Assembly: GCA_900543695.1 (NCBI GenBank)
Contig: UQSG01000011.1
Span: 2,461 to 66,460 of the forward strand
Direction: 5' to 3'
Source: an uncultured Clostridium sp.
GTDB lineage: Bacteria > Bacillota > Clostridia > UBA1212 > UBA1255
Length of the DNA stretch: 64,000 nucleotides
Under the pieces are notes generated by a model. That model worked only from the letters and a program-made list of their open reading frames with translations, was not told where the DNA came from and did not search any database. Shown here one piece after another: positions 9,774-19,506 of the stretch. Both the position numbers and the translations under genes were made by a program. The number at the start of each line of letters is the position of its first letter. The stretch's first letter is position 1.

Positions 9774-10738
9774 CGAACGTAATCCACAGAGTAACGGGTT
9801 TCTTTCAAACGTTTATCGATCGATACAGAAATCTCGGTTATAAGGCGAAAAAGAAAATCAGATTTGTGATCGGCCGGATCTTCTTATATTACGTCCTGAT
9901 TGAGCTTGCTTATCTGTTTCTGCTCCCTTTTATCTATATTCTGACGACGTCCATGATGTCTTATCAGGATTATCTGGATCCTACGGTTGAGTGGATCCCT
10001 ACCGCAATAGAATGGGAAAATTTTACCAGTGCCTGGCAGGGACTGAATTATCCGCGCGCGTTTTTGAATTCGCTGATTACTTCGCTGGGAAGCGCTGTTC
10101 TGCAGTGCGTTTCCTGTGCAATTATCGGTTATGCGCTGGGACGTTTTAAATTCAGAGGGAAAAATATTCTCTTTGTATTGGTTATCCTGGTGCTTCTGAT
10201 TCCGCCGCAGACGATGATTCTTTCTTCATACGGTCTATGGGCGACATTTGGCATGACAAATACTTATTGGCCGATTTTGATCCCGTGCATATTTGGCCTG
10301 GGGCTGCGCGGCGCTCTATTTGCCTTAATTTATATGTACTTTTTCCAAAGAGTACCCGACGCGATGGACGATGCGGCGCGTATTGACGGCGCCGGCCCGT
10401 TCAGAGTATTTTTGCAGATCATGCTGCCGCTGGTAAAATCCGCCATATCGATCGTTTTCATTTTCTCGTTCGTATGGCACTGGAACGATAACTACGAAGC
10501 GCCTACTTATATGTTTAACCAGAATATGCTGACGCTTCAGCCGAAGCTGGAAAATATTCAGCAGTATTATTCCGAATTAATGGGATATTCTGGCGAAGCC
10601 AGCGAGATTGACAAGGCCATGACAGAACCGATGCTGTTTGCAGGCTGTCTGCTGGTAATGATTCCGGTATTAATCGTATATATAGCGGGGCAGAATAAGC
10701 TTGCATCAGGAATTGAGCGAATCGGCGTTATTGAGTGA
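9761..10738 (+). CDS. Carbohydrate ABC transporter permease (MalG-like)
   Basis: Overlaps the upstream permease by 13 nt. EAA region DDAARIDGAGPFRVFLQIMLPLVKSA. Confidence 0.85.
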   Translation: MAQMTNVIHRVTGFFQTFIDRYRNLGYKAKKKIRFVIGRIFLYYVLIELAYLFLLPFIYILTTSMMSYQDYLDPTVEWIPTAIEWENFTSAWQGLNYPRAFLNSLITSLGSAVLQCVSCAIIGYALGRFKFRGKNILFVLVILVLLIPPQTMILSSYGLWATFGMTNTYWPILIPCIFGLGLRGALFALIYMYFFQRVPDAMDDAARIDGAGPFRVFLQIMLPLVKSAISIVFIFSFVWHWNDNYEAPTYMFNQNMLTLQPKLENIQQYYSELMGYSGEASEIDKAMTEPMLFAGCLLVMIPVLIVYIAGQNKLASGIERIGVIE

Positions 10739-10752
10739 CGGAGGGTTTTTCT

Positions 10753-12237
10753 ATGTTTAAGAAATTACGTTTCACCATTATATGGATCCTTGCGATTGCG
10801 CTGCTCGTTTCTTTTGCCGGCTGCTCCGGAAATGACAGCGATGAGGAGGAAAACGGACCGTCTTCTTCTGCGAATCCTGTTCCGGAGGATCTGGCAGGAA
10901 ATATAACGATTTCCGCATATAAGAATTATGAGAACGACAACGATCTGTTTATGTTTGCGCAGGCGTATGCGCTGCAATATCCCAGCGTAGACGTTCAGAT
11001 TGATGCAGATTATTCGTATGATGAATATTTTGCAACATTGGATGAGCGGATCGAAAGCGGCGAGATCGGCGACGTGGTGCTGATCAGCTCGGAGCAGCTG
11101 CCGGAATATGTGGAAAAAGGGTGGATCCTGGACCTGAGCAGCGATGCAGAGGGAATCATAGATTATACATCTGCCAGCTTTGACCGGCTGTATCCCTCAG
11201 AGGAATATATGGAGGCCGCATATAATGCATCCCTGTATGAGGGAAGAATGTATATGTGTCCTGTGGAATACCTGAACCAGGTAGTTATTCTGAATCTTGA
11301 TTTACTGGAAGCGGCGGGGATTGAGGATCCTGTTCCATCGGACGACTGGACGTGGGATGAGCTGTACGAATATGCGCAAAAGCTTTCGGAAAGCGGCGTG
11401 GAAACGCCCGTCCTGATGAATTATACGGATTATGCAATCTGGGGCGCTTTCGCAAGAGGCTTTGGCGGCGCTTTGTATAACGATGTTTCCTTTGCTGATA
11501 AAACTACGGAGCTGAACTTTACGGATCCGGATGTGATTGAAGGATTAAAATATCTGGCAGACCGTTTTCTCCGTACGGGATACGCTGCGGACAAGACGAC
11601 GGCAGAGGTAACAAGCGAAGAGCTCTCTCAGTACGGAATCATCGTAGCGGATCATTCTGACGTAGTCAGATGGCAGGAGGCGCTGTCCCAGGATGCGGAA
11701 AACGGCGGATTTGAATGGGAATTTGCTCATTTTCCTGGATTTGAAGGAGCAGACGGTACGATATATAAGAGTATTGGCGTGAAAACGCTTGGCTTAGCTG
11801 TTATTAACCATGAAGTGATCGACGCCCTGAATAGCGGAAATACCGATATTGATAAGACGGAGGAAGAAATTCAGGCGGAAATCGAGGCGCGGGAGAATAC
11901 AGAGAAGAATGCCAAGGCCCTTGCGCTGTACGCAATGGTTGAGGATGCTTCTATTGCGTATTGCGGAGAGCTCGGCTACAAGGTTCCGGCGCTGAAGTCT
12001 GCCAATACCATGAAATTTTGGCGGGAATTCCCTGTCTCCGGTAAGAATACATCGGTATTTTCTCTCTATTCAGATTATGATTATCCAGCCGTTCTTACGT
12101 CTTTTATGACGTGGAGCGCCTCCGGAGAGATTAGAGACAGTATCGACGAGATCTTTAAGACGTATGCGGAAAACACAGAGCTGATGTATATCGATGATCT
12201 CCTTCAGGAGATTCAGGACGCTGCCAATGCAAGCTGA
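10753..12237 (+). CDS. Extracellular solute-binding lipoprotein (ABC transporter, family 1)
   Basis: ATG 8 nt after a GGAGGG RBS. Lipobox LVSFAGCSGN. SBP-like architecture. A paralog of the next gene (shared IGDV and GW-L/I-LD-type segments). Confidence 0.75.
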   Translation: MFKKLRFTIIWILAIALLVSFAGCSGNDSDEEENGPSSSANPVPEDLAGNITISAYKNYENDNDLFMFAQAYALQYPSVDVQIDADYSYDEYFATLDERIESGEIGDVVLISSEQLPEYVEKGWILDLSSDAEGIIDYTSASFDRLYPSEEYMEAAYNASLYEGRMYMCPVEYLNQVVILNLDLLEAAGIEDPVPSDDWTWDELYEYAQKLSESGVETPVLMNYTDYAIWGAFARGFGGALYNDVSFADKTTELNFTDPDVIEGLKYLADRFLRTGYAADKTTAEVTSEELSQYGIIVADHSDVVRWQEALSQDAENGGFEWEFAHFPGFEGADGTIYKSIGVKTLGLAVINHEVIDALNSGNTDIDKTEEEIQAEIEARENTEKNAKALALYAMVEDASIAYCGELGYKVPALKSANTMKFWREFPVSGKNTSVFSLYSDYDYPAVLTSFMTWSASGEIRDSIDEIFKTYAENTELMYIDDLLQEIQDAANAS

Positions 12238-12325
12238 GCGCTGCAAAATACCGTTGATTTATTTAATTTGGTTTAAATATTTTGTAAAATCAGCGATTAA
12301 GCGCGCCAGTCAAAGCGTTTGTATA

Positions 12326-12354
12326 TTGACAAAACCAGTGGATATGGTTAAGAT
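12326..12354 (+). promoter_or_regulatory. Sigma-A type promoter (TTGACA-17 nt-TAAGAT) inside the operon, driving the distal SBP gene
   Basis: TTGACA at 12326-12331, a 17-nt spacer, TAAGAT at 12349-12354. About 50 nt upstream of the AGGAGG RBS of the 12403 gene. Confidence 0.6.
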
Positions 12355-12402
12355 GAAATCGTATTGTTGTAATAGAATAACTTTAGTAGGAGGTCACAGT
12401 TA

Positions 12403-13761
12403 ATGAAGAAGTATTTGAAAAGTGCATCAGTGCTTTTGCTGATCCTTGTCATGACGTTCACCATGGTTGCCTGTAAGAAACCGCCGATGTTAACGCAGGA
12501 TGATATTGATGCGGCTCTTGAAGAAGAAGGCGAACCGGAAGGCGAAATCACGTTTACGTATTCTCCGGCGGCTACCAGCGCAGACTACAAGCAGGCAGCG
12601 GATAAGTTTGTGACGGCATTTGAGCAGAAGTACACGAACGTAACGGTGGAGCGCGATTACACGGCGACTTCGGATAACCGAATCGCTTCCGCGGATATCG
12701 GAGATGTTTTCTATTTTGCGGAGACGCAGACGTACAAATATGCGGTGCAGGACAGAGCGCTTATCCCGCTGGATGGTTTTATAACGAAGTTCGGTATCAG
12801 CCAAAACGACGTTTACGGCGGTATTTATCGTCTCGGTCTTGTAAACGGCCGTCTGTATTTCGTCCCCAGAGACTACAATCAGATAGTTTTGATTTACAAT
12901 AAATCGGCCATTACGGAAGCCGGATTGAATGCGGAGATCAGACCGGAATGGACCTGGGAGGAATTCCAGGACATCTGCGAGCGGCTGTATGATCCGGAGG
13001 GAGAAGATTATTATCCGCTGAATCTGAATCTGACATATTCACCTGTATATGTTCCGTTCTTCGAAGCCTATGCGTCGAGAGACGCATGGTGCAACACCAC
13101 GGAGAAGAAGATTACATTTATCGATGAAAACGGCGATATTTTAAGAGCGATCGGCGAAGCGCTGGACATGGCAAGAAAATACTATGTCATGATTCCTTCG
13201 GTAAATGAGAGTGCGGAAGACATCGCAGGCAGGGAGTATATCTTTAAAACGGACGTATATCCGACCATACAGGCAACCGGCAAGCAATTTGACAACAGGG
13301 ATGTCGACTGGGATATCATTAATATGCCGCTCTTCCAGAATCCTTCCTTCGGATGCGGCGCATCGGGAGTGGGCGTCTTTGCAAGAACGCAGAACGTAAC
13401 GGCTGCCGCAGCGCTGGCGCTCTTTTTCCTGACACCGGAAGGACAGCGGGCCTTCAATTCCGGTACGGGCGGTTCTGTTCCCCTGCTGAAGTCCCTGGAT
13501 GACGAGGGTTATGATGCTTGGAAATATCCGGACGATCCGGCATGGAGCGGAAAGAACTGGGATGCGTTTGTATATCTGGCAGATACGGCTTCCACGCCTG
13601 GTCAGGTAAACTGCAGAATGCCAATCGATGTTGCTGAGGCGATCGAGGCGGATATCAGGAATATCTTGTCAAGAGACCTGGCAGGAACTGAAAGCTATCA
13701 GGACGGATTTAGAGAACTTGAGACGAGATGTAATGAAATTTGGTCATTGCTGACGGTATAA
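12403..13761 (+). CDS. Extracellular solute-binding lipoprotein (ABC transporter, family 1)
   Basis: AGGAGG RBS. Lipobox TMVACKK. SBP-like. Followed by an intrinsic terminator. Confidence 0.75.
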   Translation: MKKYLKSASVLLLILVMTFTMVACKKPPMLTQDDIDAALEEEGEPEGEITFTYSPAATSADYKQAADKFVTAFEQKYTNVTVERDYTATSDNRIASADIGDVFYFAETQTYKYAVQDRALIPLDGFITKFGISQNDVYGGIYRLGLVNGRLYFVPRDYNQIVLIYNKSAITEAGLNAEIRPEWTWEEFQDICERLYDPEGEDYYPLNLNLTYSPVYVPFFEAYASRDAWCNTTEKKITFIDENGDILRAIGEALDMARKYYVMIPSVNESAEDIAGREYIFKTDVYPTIQATGKQFDNRDVDWDIINMPLFQNPSFGCGASGVGVFARTQNVTAAAALALFFLTPEGQRAFNSGTGGSVPLLKSLDDEGYDAWKYPDDPAWSGKNWDAFVYLADTASTPGQVNCRMPIDVAEAIEADIRNILSRDLAGTESYQDGFRELETRCNEIWSLLTV

Positions 13762-13803
13762 AGGTTTTGCAGATTTGATCGCTGCCGGATGAAGCAGCGG
13801 GAC

Positions 13804-13838
13804 GGCGCCGGAATTCTTCGGAATCCGGCGCCGTTTTT
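13804..13838 (+). terminator. Rho-independent terminator ending the ABC transport operon
   Basis: GGCGCCGGA ... TCCGGCGCC stem followed by TTTTT. Confidence 0.7.
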
Positions 13839-13855
13839 ATGTCTTAATAATCCGT

Positions 13856-14800
13856 TTACAGAAAAAAGAAAAGCGCTGCGGTAATCAGCGGGGCGAGCAG
13901 AGACTGAAGCAATTTCCCGATAAAATAATATTTAATTTTAATTTTACCGGAGGCCAGAATGCCGCACACCTGCATATGGACGGAACAGCCGGACCAGGCG
14001 CTGAAGGCGGAGAACAGCATATACTTTAATATGGGATTTGTGGTCTGAACGCTTTCTCCAAGACTGCGGAGTCCCCCGGTAATTTCCAAAAAGGAATAGG
14101 CCGCCGAATAAATAAAATCAGACAGGCAGGGAATCAATTTCAGCAGCGATGTCACGGAAGAAAAAAAGATAATTACGGCGCCGACGTACAGTACAGTATT
14201 AAGAGAAGAAAGAAGTGCGGCAGGAATGTCGGTTTTGCCCTGGATCGGGGCAGTTCCGCATAATCCGGGGGCAGCGGAGCTGCGGCGGACGCGGCAAAGC
14301 AGAATACCGCTGCCCAGAGAAGCAAGCGTGACGGAAAGCCAAATCAGAAGACCGCTCCGAATACTGCCTAAATATGCACTGCCTACAATCGAGGCCATAA
14401 ATACGGGGCCTACATTATTTGTAAAAGACGAAAGACGTTCAGCCTCTTCCTCCGTGATATCTCCTCTTGCCTTTAAATCACATGTGATTTTCGCCCCGAT
14501 CGGAAAGCCGCAGAGGCAGCCCAGAATAATGGGCGCGATGCAGCTTCCGGGAAGATGCATAACACGCTCCATAAGCGGTTTTACAGGCTTTGCTATGCGC
14601 GTCAGAAATCCACCGGATACAATGAGCGAGGAAAGCACATAAAACGGAAACATTGTGGGAAGAACCGTGTTCAGGAACATCATAACGGCGTTCCTTGTCT
14701 CCGGAACACAGCTCTCGCTGAAAATTACAAAGAAAAGAATCAGTATGAACGAAAAAATCCCGATGATGGATGAAAGAAGCATACCACACCGCCAAAGCAT
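13856..14800 (-). CDS. ylbJ: Sporulation integral membrane protein YlbJ (nucleoside-recognition/Gate-domain family)
   Basis: Polytopic membrane protein with the characteristic CGFPIGAKITCDLKARGDITEEEAERLSSFTNNVGP segment of YlbJ-family proteins. The true N-terminus may lie upstream of the first in-frame Met. Confidence 0.6.
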   Translation of the reverse strand: MLWRCGMLLSSIIGIFSFILILFFVIFSESCVPETRNAVMMFLNTVLPTMFPFYVLSSLIVSGGFLTRIAKPVKPLMERVMHLPGSCIAPIILGCLCGFPIGAKITCDLKARGDITEEEAERLSSFTNNVGPVFMASIVGSAYLGSIRSGLLIWLSVTLASLGSGILLCRVRRSSAAPGLCGTAPIQGKTDIPAALLSSLNTVLYVGAVIIFFSSVTSLLKLIPCLSDFIYSAAYSFLEITGGLRSLGESVQTTNPILKYMLFSAFSAWSGCSVHMQVCGILASGKIKIKYYFIGKLLQSLLAPLITAALFFFL

Positions 14801-14905
14801 GAATCATTATAATATATTTATGCCGGATATGGACAATTATCACGCCGGAGTGTAAAATAAGAAAGATCTGCTATTTGCTTCCGCGTACGGAGAAAGGATG
14901 AGCGC

Positions 14906-15856
14906 ATGCCGATAAAGATACCGAATGATTTGCCAGCGGCGGAAACGCTGCAGAAGGAACATGTATTTGTGATGCACGAAAACATGGCGTTTCATCAGGA
15001 TATCCGCCCGCTGAAGATTGCAATAATGAATTTGATGCCAACAAAAATCGTGACCGAGACACAGCTTCTGCGTCTGCTCAGCAATACGCCGCTGCAGGTG
15101 GAGCCGACGCTGCTTCATCCGGCGACACACCGTTCAAAAAATACCTCGCTCAGTCACCTGAACGCGTTCTACGTAACGCCGGACGCTGTAAAAAACGAAA
15201 AATTCGACGGCTTGATTATCACTGGAGCGCCGGTCGAACAGCTGCCCTTTCAAGAGGTTGGATACTGGGACGAGCTATGCCGCCTGATGGAATGGTCGCG
15301 TATGAATGTGACGACAACGCTTCATATTTGCTGGGGCGCGCAGGCAGGGCTGTTTTATCATTACGGAATTGATAAGTGCCTGCTGGAGAAGAAGCTGTTC
15401 GGTGTTTTCGAGCATAAATCACACAACCGTGTAGCCCGTCTGCTCCGCGGCTTTGACGATTGCTTTTACGTGCCGCATTCGCGCTACACAGGCATCCGAA
15501 TGAAGGACGTCGAGAAGGAACCGGATCTGGATATTCTGGCGACTTCCGACCGGGCGGGCCTTTGCATCTGTGCTTCTCATGACAGACGGCAGATTTTTAT
15601 GCTTGGCCACTTGGAATATGACAGAGATACGCTGAAGCTGGAATATGAGAGGGATCGGGCAAAGGGACTGGCAACCGCAATTCCCGAAAACTATTTCCCG
15701 GACGATGATCCGGCGAAAACTCCGTATTTTAAATGGAAAAGTCATGCTTATCTGCTGTACGCCAACTGGCTTAATTATTATGTTTATCAGGCTACGCCAT
15801 ACGATCTCAGTCATATTACTATGGAGTTCAAGCCTCCCGTCGGACACGAGGAATGA
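14906..15856 (+). CDS. metA: Homoserine O-acyltransferase (MetA/MetAA family)
   Basis: N-terminus [23 protein letters not shown]...[15 protein letters not shown] is the canonical MetA start. 316 aa. RBS GGAGAAAGGA. Confidence 0.9.
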   Translation: MPIKIPNDLPAAETLQKEHVFVMHENMAFHQDIRPLKIAIMNLMPTKIVTETQLLRLLSNTPLQVEPTLLHPATHRSKNTSLSHLNAFYVTPDAVKNEKFDGLIITGAPVEQLPFQEVGYWDELCRLMEWSRMNVTTTLHICWGAQAGLFYHYGIDKCLLEKKLFGVFEHKSHNRVARLLRGFDDCFYVPHSRYTGIRMKDVEKEPDLDILATSDRAGLCICASHDRRQIFMLGHLEYDRDTLKLEYERDRAKGLATAIPENYFPDDDPAKTPYFKWKSHAYLLYANWLNYYVYQATPYDLSHITMEFKPPVGHEE

Positions 15857-15865
15857 GAATTAGGT

Positions 15866-15894
15866 TTGTATTTTCCCTGTTTTCATTGTATAAT
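15866..15894 (+). promoter_or_regulatory. Sigma-A promoter (TTGTAT-17 nt-TATAAT) for the 15945 gene
   Basis: TTGTAT at 15866-15871, a 17-nt spacer, TATAAT at 15889-15894. The spacer lies inside an imperfect inverted repeat, TTCCCTGTTT...AAACGGGAA. Confidence 0.6.
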
Positions 15895-15944
15895 AAACGG
15901 GAATTGAAAAGCGGAACGGATGAAACGATGGGGCTGGTTGTCTG

Positions 15945-17486
15945 ATGCGTCGCAATATCGGAAAGACTTATATCAAAAAGGAAAAAAAGTGGAATCTCAT
16001 CATAACGCTGATTACAATCGCTGTTGTGGCGGTTGTCATTGCGGTGATAGAGCTTTTGCCCGGCAGCGCGCCGGAGCTTGGCTACTCTGACATGAACGGC
16101 GTAGGACGCTCCTTTTTGTATCCTTTTGTTTTTCTTGACAGCAACAGCAATCTGTATCTTATGAAGGAGGACTGCACTGTGACGGCGATTGACGATGCCG
16201 TTGCGGCGCCGGTTCATGATTCCGTAAACGACCAAATCTATTATCTCAGAAATAATATACTTTATGAGTATTCGATTAAGTCTAACGAGCGAGTCGCCCT
16301 GTGCGAGAACGTTACTGGCTTCAGCCTGATGGGAAACCGCAGGGCGATCGTTTGCACAAATACATCAAATCAGATCCAGCTTTATTTGTTTAAAGGAGAC
16401 CAAACCCGGCTTTTGAGCGAAACGCGTGACGGGGAACCGTCCGCGTCCGCGTACGCGGTATCTTCCGAGGGCGTGCTGCTTGCGGACGGCGGAAAGCTTA
16501 TCTACAGCGACTACACCGGGCAGATGCGCACGATAAGCGAAAATCTGAATTCCTCCAGAAAATTTTATCTTTCAAAAGATGGCGGAAAAATCTGCTATTA
16601 CGAGGGCGATATCATGTATATCGCTGATACGGACGGAAACATACTTCTGAGCTCTGTCAATGCGCAGCCGGTATTATCTCAAGTGGAGCCGGTGCTGCTC
16701 GATCCCTCTACAAAGGAGCTGGACAGCGACGGCAGCGTTCCGTTCCGGTATTTTCTCAGCGATATCAGCATGGTTTACCATCCTGAGCAAAACGGTGCGT
16801 CCGAATACACGGCGGGGCTGCTGCAGTATTTAGACGGAGATGAGCTGAAGGAAATCGCGAGAAACGTGTATCGACTGCTTTACTACTCCGAGGCCGACGA
16901 TTTTCTGCTTTATTCCGTGCTGAATGGGGATGGAATGGATATTTATATGACATCAAAGGGCGGAGCGCCTGAGAAGCAGATCAGCTGCGGGGTCAATGCC
17001 AGATTTATTTTTGATGCAAGGACAAACTATCTGTATTATCAGGAAGCGGACGGGCTGCTTTGCCGGTATAATATATATGACGTTCGCCAGAAGAGCGTTA
17101 CGGTTGCTGAAAACACCGGGAATATTTATAATTATTATAATAAACCGTTTATTGCCTATGAAAATGCGGACGGGAGCGAGCTGTATCTCGTTTTAAAGAA
17201 TCAGATCGAGCGCTTCGATGCAGCCTTTGAAATGAGGCTTTACGGCAGAAGCAATGAAATCTATTTATTGTGCCGGCAGAATGGGGATGGACTGATGTCG
17301 CTGGACTATGTCGTCGAAGATAAAATGACCAGAATTGCAGGCAACGTCGGGACAAACGTTTTTTTTGACCGGGATATGGAATATATCGTTTATAATTCGG
17401 ATGCCAAGCTGTACGTCTGGCATAATGGAGAAATCACGTGCGCCGGAGAGTATCAGGATGTAAAAGCGGTGGATATCATAAAATGA
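15945..17486 (+). CDS. Hypothetical membrane-anchored protein with a repetitive (possibly beta-propeller-like) extracytoplasmic domain
   Basis: N-terminal TM anchor (LIITLITIAVVAVVIAVI). Recurrent Y/L-rich repeat segments (LYL, IYY, LYV). No recognisable catalytic motif. Confidence 0.4.
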   Translation: MRRNIGKTYIKKEKKWNLIITLITIAVVAVVIAVIELLPGSAPELGYSDMNGVGRSFLYPFVFLDSNSNLYLMKEDCTVTAIDDAVAAPVHDSVNDQIYYLRNNILYEYSIKSNERVALCENVTGFSLMGNRRAIVCTNTSNQIQLYLFKGDQTRLLSETRDGEPSASAYAVSSEGVLLADGGKLIYSDYTGQMRTISENLNSSRKFYLSKDGGKICYYEGDIMYIADTDGNILLSSVNAQPVLSQVEPVLLDPSTKELDSDGSVPFRYFLSDISMVYHPEQNGASEYTAGLLQYLDGDELKEIARNVYRLLYYSEADDFLLYSVLNGDGMDIYMTSKGGAPEKQISCGVNARFIFDARTNYLYYQEADGLLCRYNIYDVRQKSVTVAENTGNIYNYYNKPFIAYENADGSELYLVLKNQIERFDAAFEMRLYGRSNEIYLLCRQNGDGLMSLDYVVEDKMTRIAGNVGTNVFFDRDMEYIVYNSDAKLYVWHNGEITCAGEYQDVKAVDIIK

Positions 17487-17500
17487 GGAAAGGAATCACG

Positions 17501-18610
17501 ATGCAGGTCAAAATCGGAATGATTGCGGCAATTTTGTGTCTGGGCTCCGCCGCCGCGTCAGGTTGTAAGGGCAGCTTCCCGACCGCTCCTCCGACACTGG
17601 CGGCGCCGACTGCGGTGGCTACGGCGACTCCTGCGGGCAGTGCTGCTCCTGCGCCGACCGTAACACCGGACGCTGAGCAGGAAATTCATTTTACAGATAT
17701 TAACCTAGAAACAGTTGTGAGAGAAAAAATTGGAAAAAGCATCGGTGCGATCCGGCGGGCGGACGTGGAAAATATTACGGAGCTCAGCGCTCGCGTCAGA
17801 GGAATTACTTCAATCGAATCATTGCGCTATTTTACGAGCCTGGAGGAACTCGATCTGTACGGAAACAGGATCACGGATTTTTCCGTTCTGGCAGAGCTGC
17901 CTTCTCTCAAAAAGCTGAATATTGCGAAAAATTATAATATTTTGACTCCGAACACGTCGGGAGCTTCCGGCCTGGATCTTACGCCTTTGAAAGGCCTGGT
18001 GCTTCTGGAAGAGCTGGACGCTTCCGACAATATGCTGACGGATCTGACGGTGCTTGGCTCTCTTTCGGCGCTGCAGACCTTGACGCTTGCCAATAACCGC
18101 ATTACGGACATTTCGCCGCTTGCCGGCTGCAAATCTCTTACATATGTAGATTTGTCTTATAATTACGGTCTGAATTCAGACAATACGGAACGGGGAATTT
18201 CTGATTTATCTCCGCTGTTTGAAAATACGCAGCTCCGGACTCTGATCGCCGGCCACAATCTGATCTCTGATGTGGAGGGAATCGACGCGCTGGAGGAGCT
18301 GTCTTATTTGGACCTTACAGACAATTATCTGGATTCCCTGGCGCCGCTTGCTGAGGCAGCAAGCCTGGAAACCGTGCTGCTTCACAGTAATGCGCTTACG
18401 TCTCTGGATCCGCTGGCGGGCAATACTACGATCCGGACGCTTGACGTTTCTCTGAATATGATCTCGAACTTTGATGCAATCAACACGATGCCTGCGCTCC
18501 GCAGCCTAACATGGGAACAGAACAACATTCAGGATTACAGTGCAATCGATGCGTTTGAAGAACGTATGAGCGCACTGCAAAACCGCAGACAGAAGCTGCA
18601 GGGGAATTAA
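17501..18610 (+). CDS. Leucine-rich-repeat (internalin-like LRR) lipoprotein
   Basis: ATG after an AGGAAAGGA RBS. Signal/lipobox LGSAAASGC. A Pro/Ala/Thr linker. Repeated LxxLxLxxNxIxD units (LDLYGNRITDFSVLAELPSLKKLNIAKN and further repeats). Confidence 0.7.
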   Translation: MQVKIGMIAAILCLGSAAASGCKGSFPTAPPTLAAPTAVATATPAGSAAPAPTVTPDAEQEIHFTDINLETVVREKIGKSIGAIRRADVENITELSARVRGITSIESLRYFTSLEELDLYGNRITDFSVLAELPSLKKLNIAKNYNILTPNTSGASGLDLTPLKGLVLLEELDASDNMLTDLTVLGSLSALQTLTLANNRITDISPLAGCKSLTYVDLSYNYGLNSDNTERGISDLSPLFENTQLRTLIAGHNLISDVEGIDALEELSYLDLTDNYLDSLAPLAEAASLETVLLHSNALTSLDPLAGNTTIRTLDVSLNMISNFDAINTMPALRSLTWEQNNIQDYSAIDAFEERMSALQNRRQKLQGN

Positions 18611-18611
18611 A

Positions 18612-19505
18612 ATGGATAGAGAAAATATCAACAGAAAACAGATCCAATGGTTTCCGGGTCATATGGCACGGGCGCGCCGGATCCTCGGGGAAAATTTGAA
18701 GCTGGTAGATATCGTGCTTGAAATTGTAGATGCAAGGATTCCATTCTCCAGCAGAAATCCGGAAATCGACAGGATCCTCGGACAGAAGCCGCGGATCCTG
18801 CTTGGAAATAAAAGGGATCTTTCGGATCCCAATCAAAACGGATTCTGGAAAAACTATTATGCGGGGAAGGGCATCCGTATGCATTATACGGACTGCAGAA
18901 GCGGCGCGGGCGTGAAGGAGGTCCTTTCTGCAATTAGGGAAACGATGGATGAGAAATTCAAGCGCTTTGCGGGGGCGGGACGGCGGCCTCCCGTCATACG
19001 GGCTATGGCCGTAGGAATTCCAAACGTGGGGAAGTCTTCCCTGATTAATCGGATCGTAGGACGCGGCGCAGCGGGAACGGGCGATCGTCCCGGCATCACG
19101 AGAAACAAGCAGTGGCTGAGGATTCGAGAGGATATTCATCTGCTCGATACGCCCGGCCTGCTCTGGCCGAAGTTCGAGGACGAACGGTGCGCCTATCGGC
19201 TTGCCGCTACGGGAGCGATCAAAAATGACGTCCTTGACGTACAGGATATCGCGCTTTTTTTACTGCGGTATATTACCGAACAATATCCCGGACTGATGGA
19301 AGAGAAATACGGCTTCAGTACCGAGAAAATGGCGGATCCTGCTGACATTTTGCTGGCATGCGGCAGGCGCAGGGGCTGTCTCGCTAAAGGAGGCGCGGTG
19401 GATTTGCTCCGGGCCGCGAATCTTGTGCTGGACGATTTCCAAAGCGGAAAGCTGGGACGGATTACATTAGACGGACCGGAGCTGCTGAATCCGGCGGAGC
19501 AGTGA
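18612..19505 (+). CDS. rbgA: Ribosome biogenesis GTPase A (YlqF/RbgA)
   Basis: N-terminus IQWFPGHMARARRILGENLKLVDIVLEIVDARIP. A circularly permuted GTPase with an NKRDL G4 motif before GKSSLIN (G1). Followed by rnhB, as in Bacillus. Confidence 0.9.
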   Translation: MDRENINRKQIQWFPGHMARARRILGENLKLVDIVLEIVDARIPFSSRNPEIDRILGQKPRILLGNKRDLSDPNQNGFWKNYYAGKGIRMHYTDCRSGAGVKEVLSAIRETMDEKFKRFAGAGRRPPVIRAMAVGIPNVGKSSLINRIVGRGAAGTGDRPGITRNKQWLRIREDIHLLDTPGLLWPKFEDERCAYRLAATGAIKNDVLDVQDIALFLLRYITEQYPGLMEEKYGFSTEKMADPADILLACGRRRGCLAKGGAVDLLRAANLVLDDFQSGKLGRITLDGPELLNPAEQ

Positions 19506-19506
19506 T

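Noticed and set aside
12194-12403. 69-aa ORF spanning the intergenic region between the two lipoprotein SBP genes
   Set aside because: It overlaps the 3' end of the upstream SBP gene in another frame and contains the predicted promoter and RBS of the downstream gene. It has no RBS of its own, so it is most likely spurious.
14801-14905. SAM (S-box) riboswitch upstream of metA
   Set aside because: The ~105-nt leader shows none of the conserved S-box helices or sequence blocks (e.g. the CUCUUAUC..GAGAGG P1/P2 elements). It is too short once the RBS and promoter are subtracted.
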